Source of the DNA: Fibrobacterales bacterium | GTDB lineage: Bacteria; Fibrobacterota; Fibrobacteria; Fibrobacterales; JAOPTW01 | Length of the DNA stretch: 64,000 nucleotides | Assembly: GCA_051532035.1 (NCBI GenBank) | Contig: JAOPTW010000013.1 | Location: 320,001-384,000, forward strand | Reading direction: 5' to 3' | Part shown: positions 60,320 through 64,000 of the stretch, one piece after another | Layout: each line of letters starts with the position of its first letter | How positions within the stretch are numbered: the first letter of the stretch is position 1 | Program-made: the position numbers and the translations under genes | Notes under the pieces: generated by a model | What the model was told of the DNA's origin: nothing | Seen by the model: the letters and a program-made list of their open reading frames with translations, nothing else | Databases searched by the model: none

Positions 60320-61723
60320 TTAAGCGGCAGTCTTAGACTTTGATAACTGTAATCCAACAATAAGAACAATAAGTCCGGCAAGAACAGCAGGAAAGCCTTC
60401 AAAAATCATTCCTTGGAGTCCGAAAAAACGCCATGCCACAACGGTCAGTACACCAACGGCAATTGCTGAGAGACTTGTTGCTTCTGATGGTCTTTTACCT
60501 AAAGCAAGTACAATAAGCAGAGGAGAAAATGCAGATCCGAGAACCGACCATGACATGATAACAATATCAAATACACTCTGATTATTCAATAAGGCAAGAG
60601 CCAGTACAAAGATTGTAATACCGACTGTTGCAAATTTATAATGAATAGGTTTGTTTAATGTCTTACCAAAATCCTGAGTTATCGTTGCCGAGCAACTGAG
60701 TACCAATGAATCAGCCGTTGACATGGTTGCTGCAAAGATTCCCGCTAATACAAGACCCGTAAGAGGTGCTGGAAGCATCTCAAGAGCCATAGTAGGGAGT
60801 GCAAGTTCAGCGTCAAATGCACCAGTATCGGTGAGATATATTCTAGAAAAGAGGCCAACTACCGTAGCAAGAAACCAGAAAGCCACAAACCAGCCATAAT
60901 ACCATGATTTTGTTGCCACCATTGATTCATTTTTACCAAGTGACATAAAGCGACTCATTATATGAGGCTGACCCACTACTGAAAATCCCGCAAAAAGCCA
61001 CCCTATCACAAACATAACGCCGCCGGTTACGCCGGGAAATGCCAGATCTTTAGGAAAAATATCAAGAAAATTAGGAAGTTGATTCATACGTTCAATAGAT
61101 TCGCTCACTCCACCAAAATGGATAACCGAAACAATAACAAGAATGGTCATAGCTGCCAACATCACAAAAGATTGCGCTGCATCTGTCCAGATAGAAGCCC
61201 TGATCCCCCCAGCAATACAATAGACCACAACGAGAATTGCTCCCATAATTGCACCAGCCCATATTGGCCAATCAAAGAGCACATGCAGTGCCTTACTACC
61301 AGCTACCAGCTGTGCAGTTGCATACGTAGAGAGAAAGAAGAGCGACAGAATTCCAATGACCTTCTGTACTTTGGCCTGCTTGACATTCCAGTTACTGAGT
61401 AAGCCCCCGTAACTAACCTCTCCCGTTTCAGAAGTTTTTAACTGCATTTTGCGATGTATAAAAAGTGCAGCAAGAAAATCCCCGGTAATCCAACCGATCA
61501 TAAGCCAAATTGCAGAAAGGCCTGTTGTATAGGTATATCCAATAACACCGATAAACATATAACCACTACTATTGGTAGCAAAGGCTGAAAGCCCTGCAAG
61601 CCATGGCTTTATCGAGTTACTTGCCAGATAGTAATCCTGTTTAGTCCCGGTGCCAAATTTCGATGACATTATACCGACAATCGTGAATCCGGCAAGAAAA
61701 ATAAGGAATGATGCTAATAACAT
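60320..61723 (-). CDS. putP: Sodium/proline symporter (SSS family)
   Basis: DYYLA, LSAFATNSSGYMFIG, GGIRASIWTD, GQPHIMSRFM, AATMSTADS; multiple TM helices. Confidence 0.85.
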   Translation of the reverse strand: MLLASFLIFLAGFTIVGIMSSKFGTGTKQDYYLASNSIKPWLAGLSAFATNSSGYMFIGVIGYTYTTGLSAIWLMIGWITGDFLAALFIHRKMQLKTSETGEVSYGGLLSNWNVKQAKVQKVIGILSLFFLSTYATAQLVAGSKALHVLFDWPIWAGAIMGAILVVVYCIAGGIRASIWTDAAQSFVMLAAMTILVIVSVIHFGGVSESIERMNQLPNFLDIFPKDLAFPGVTGGVMFVIGWLFAGFSVVGQPHIMSRFMSLGKNESMVATKSWYYGWFVAFWFLATVVGLFSRIYLTDTGAFDAELALPTMALEMLPAPLTGLVLAGIFAATMSTADSLVLSCSATITQDFGKTLNKPIHYKFATVGITIFVLALALLNNQSVFDIVIMSWSVLGSAFSPLLIVLALGKRPSEATSLSAIAVGVLTVVAWRFFGLQGMIFEGFPAVLAGLIVLIVGLQLSKSKTAA

Positions 61724-61907
61724 AGTGAAAAGTCCTTTGGTTTTGATACAACACTTTGTGTGTATATACCTTATGCTCAGAGATCAAATTACCCCATTGA
61801 CCCCGATTTTGTACCAAAGTAGCATAATACTCTTTTAAATCAATACTACTCTGTAAGAGATTACAATCCTGCGCAATCGTTTGTACAAATGATTATTGAT
61901 GTTAAAG

Positions 61908-62936
61908 TTATGAGACCCGAAGAACCTTTGCGCCACGCACTTTTTTCTTTTTAATCTCACAGAGAGCACGATTTGCATTTTCAAGTTCAAATATTTCAAT
62001 CTCGGGCTTAATATTAAGTGTTTCAGAAAGATCAAGAAACTCCTGAACATCTTTTCGACTAATATTGGCGACACTTTTAATCTCCTTTTCCATCCAGATA
62101 TGTTCCTGATAATTAAGTTGTGCAAAAACGTCCTTGTCAGTGTCCTCTTTTTGTATTGCATTAATAACAAGCCTTCCTCCCGGTGTTAAACAGGCTAGGG
62201 CATTTACAACAGGGCTCCATGCCGGAGTTGTGTCAATAATAGCGTGAAGTTTTTCTGGCGGTTTTTCTTCTGTTTTCCCGGTCCAATAAGCGCCAAGTTC
62301 CTGTGCAAATTGAAGTTCAGGGTTACTCCTGGCAAAAACAAATATTTTTGTATCTGGGTATAGATGCTGTGCCATTTTCAGCACAAGGTGTGCAGAAGCC
62401 CCAAAACCGGTAAGCCCCAGATTCATCCCATTTTTCAGATTTGTTAATCGTAGAGAGCGGTATCCAATTGCTCCTGCACATAACAGTGGGACGGCTTCTT
62501 CATTGGTTAATTTTTCTGGTATCGTATAAATAAAGCCTTCATTGGCTTTTACATATTCGGCATACCCTCCATCTACATCCTTGCCGGTTGCAATAAAATC
62601 ACTGCATAGGTTTTCCTGATTATTCCGACAGAGTTCGCATTCCCCGCAGGCGCTGTAAATCCAGGCGAGCCCAACTCTCTGACCCACACTCCATTTGGTT
62701 ACAGCATCACCAGTTTTTTCAATTATTCCGACGACCTGATGTCCTGGGATTACCGGCAGATTCGGAGGAGGCGTTCTACCTTCAATTTCATCAATTTCGG
62801 TATGGCAGACCCCACAAGCTAACACCCGAATAAGTACTTCATTTTCTCTGGGCACAGGTTTTGGCATCTCTTGAAGAGTTAAAGGGGCGTCGTTCTCTTT
62901 CAGACTATTAATATCATTCAGTATCATTGCTTTCAT
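61908..62936 (-). CDS. Zinc-binding alcohol dehydrogenase family protein
   Basis: CGVCHTE, PGHQVVG, CGECELC...C structural Zn site, LLCAG, GFGAS. Confidence 0.92.
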   Translation of the reverse strand: MKAMILNDINSLKENDAPLTLQEMPKPVPRENEVLIRVLACGVCHTEIDEIEGRTPPPNLPVIPGHQVVGIIEKTGDAVTKWSVGQRVGLAWIYSACGECELCRNNQENLCSDFIATGKDVDGGYAEYVKANEGFIYTIPEKLTNEEAVPLLCAGAIGYRSLRLTNLKNGMNLGLTGFGASAHLVLKMAQHLYPDTKIFVFARSNPELQFAQELGAYWTGKTEEKPPEKLHAIIDTTPAWSPVVNALACLTPGGRLVINAIQKEDTDKDVFAQLNYQEHIWMEKEIKSVANISRKDVQEFLDLSETLNIKPEIEIFELENANRALCEIKKKKVRGAKVLRVS

Positions 62937-63015
62937 GAAAACCCATATTAAAAGTTAGAATTCATCATACCATATTAATGTGAATGATGGCTTTGAATTG
63001 ATACATTTTAGTGTT

Positions 63016-63999
63016 TTACAATCCTAAAGACTCTTTCATCTCCTCTAAATCACCTTCGCGCGCATCGAGAATACCGTGGTAGTGAGTAATTGCATCCTCC
63101 CAAATAGGAATGGTTTGTGTTTTGTAGGGGTACCCACCTTGATCAGGCCAAATTGCTGCAGTACCAGTGGGAAAGGTTTCTGCCATTTCTTCCAGCACCG
63201 GACGGATCTGTTCGGTCCAGGTACTCAGTATAGCATGACGTCGTGACAGCACCCTCTCTTCCAGATCAGCGAAAGCCGATATATATTCCTCCTGAAAACA
63301 AAACCATGCTTTAGTAAAACGTGATGTAGTCTCATCAGGGCATCCCGGATACCCGGATTTGTCAGTCCATAACTTGCCCTGTGTCGCAAGACCTCGCATA
63401 AAACCAACATATTCTGGCATATCCATATCCCAGGGTATCATAATAATCTTTTCGGTTCTTGGGAGAACAGCCCAATAGGTATTATGCCCGCTGTCCCATG
63501 CGCCCAAATAAGGACCGTCCCAATCAAATACAGCAGTTGCTGTAACAACCTGACGTGCGATAATGTCGGTCATTTCCCATTTTTTCAGAAATTCTGCGAG
63601 AGCATCCGCCTGTGTACCTACAGCATCGAGATCACTTTCAAAAGCTTTTACCACACTATGATCTGCCTCTTCTTCATTGGTCTTAAGGTTTTCATTCAAA
63701 ATTGCATCAGTGTTCATCTGGTCATCTGCAAGTGGCCAATAATGTTTATATACATTTCCTTCATCATCATTAAGGTGATACCGAGTAAAACGTCCATCTA
63801 TTTGTTCAACCACAAGAAAGAGCCCTTCCAGTTTTCCATTAATCATCAACCGTGCATGTACGGCCCGTGAAGCCGCAACTCCCATTTCACGGTATGCGAA
63901 GTAGGCAAACCGTTCTGACAAACGAGATTGACTGTGATTCATGGAATGAAACTGCAGCTTTTTCAATCCATAGAAGAGGCGATCAGGGTACCCATCTGT
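63016..63999 (-). CDS. CotH kinase family protein, 5'-truncated by the window edge
   Basis: The frame is open to the window end (...RLFYGLKKLQF); ERFAY, GLFLVVEQID, GNVYK, DWD...HN.Y, IPWDMD. Confidence 0.85.
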   Translation of the reverse strand, partial: TDGYPDRLFYGLKKLQFHSMNHSQSRLSERFAYFAYREMGVAASRAVHARLMINGKLEGLFLVVEQIDGRFTRYHLNDDEGNVYKHYWPLADDQMNTDAILNENLKTNEEEADHSVVKAFESDLDAVGTQADALAEFLKKWEMTDIIARQVVTATAVFDWDGPYLGAWDSGHNTYWAVLPRTEKIIMIPWDMDMPEYVGFMRGLATQGKLWTDKSGYPGCPDETTSRFTKAWFCFQEEYISAFADLEERVLSRRHAILSTWTEQIRPVLEEMAETFPTGTAAIWPDQGGYPYKTQTIPIWEDAITHYHGILDAREGDLEEMKESLGL

Positions 64000-64000
64000 A

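Noticed and set aside
14567..63870. Many 60-180 aa ORFs nested in or antisense to long genes (e.g. 23485..24015, 27205..27753, 54208..55296)
   Set aside because: Shadow frames of well-supported CDSs with no independent motifs.
1..64000. tRNA, rRNA, tmRNA, intact IS or prophage
   Set aside because: I saw no cloverleaf or T-loop signatures in the spacers and no transposase, integrase or structural phage genes. A covariance-model scan was not possible.

Overview
Bacterial genomic DNA. Ser-rich linkers and C-terminal sorting-type modules on the secreted proteins suggest Fibrobacterota; this is an inference. The window has four blocks. (1) ~1-14 kb is a visibly AT-rich putative defence island: two uncharacterised proteins, an ApeA-like HEPN protein, a KAP-family NTPase, a second P-loop ATPase with a Zn ribbon, three small ORFs and a Type II m5C restriction-modification pair. 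Its spacers hold gene debris (a PLD/HKD fragment, XRE-HTH fragments) and share short homologous blocks. (2) ~14.5-38 kb holds secreted and lipoprotein glycan- or surface-binding proteins, an rlmF / MazG-like / ABC exporter / U32 / KamA-family block, an AraC regulator and putA. (3) ~38-55.4 kb is a dense signalling cluster: REC-HD-GYP, a hybrid kinase with HPt, REC-PAS, a class III cyclase, a 2387-aa kinase-ATPase-GAF-PAS-HK-REC protein whose Ser/Thr kinase lacks the catalytic Asp, and an MCP. (4) ~55.7-64 kb holds a CBM6/clan GH-A lipoprotein, a structured intergenic element, a collagen + coiled-coil + C-type-lectin (collectin-like) protein, putP, a Zn-ADH and a partial CotH-family gene. I saw no tRNA, rRNA, CRISPR array or intact mobile element. 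All family calls come from reading motifs by eye; no database searches were run.
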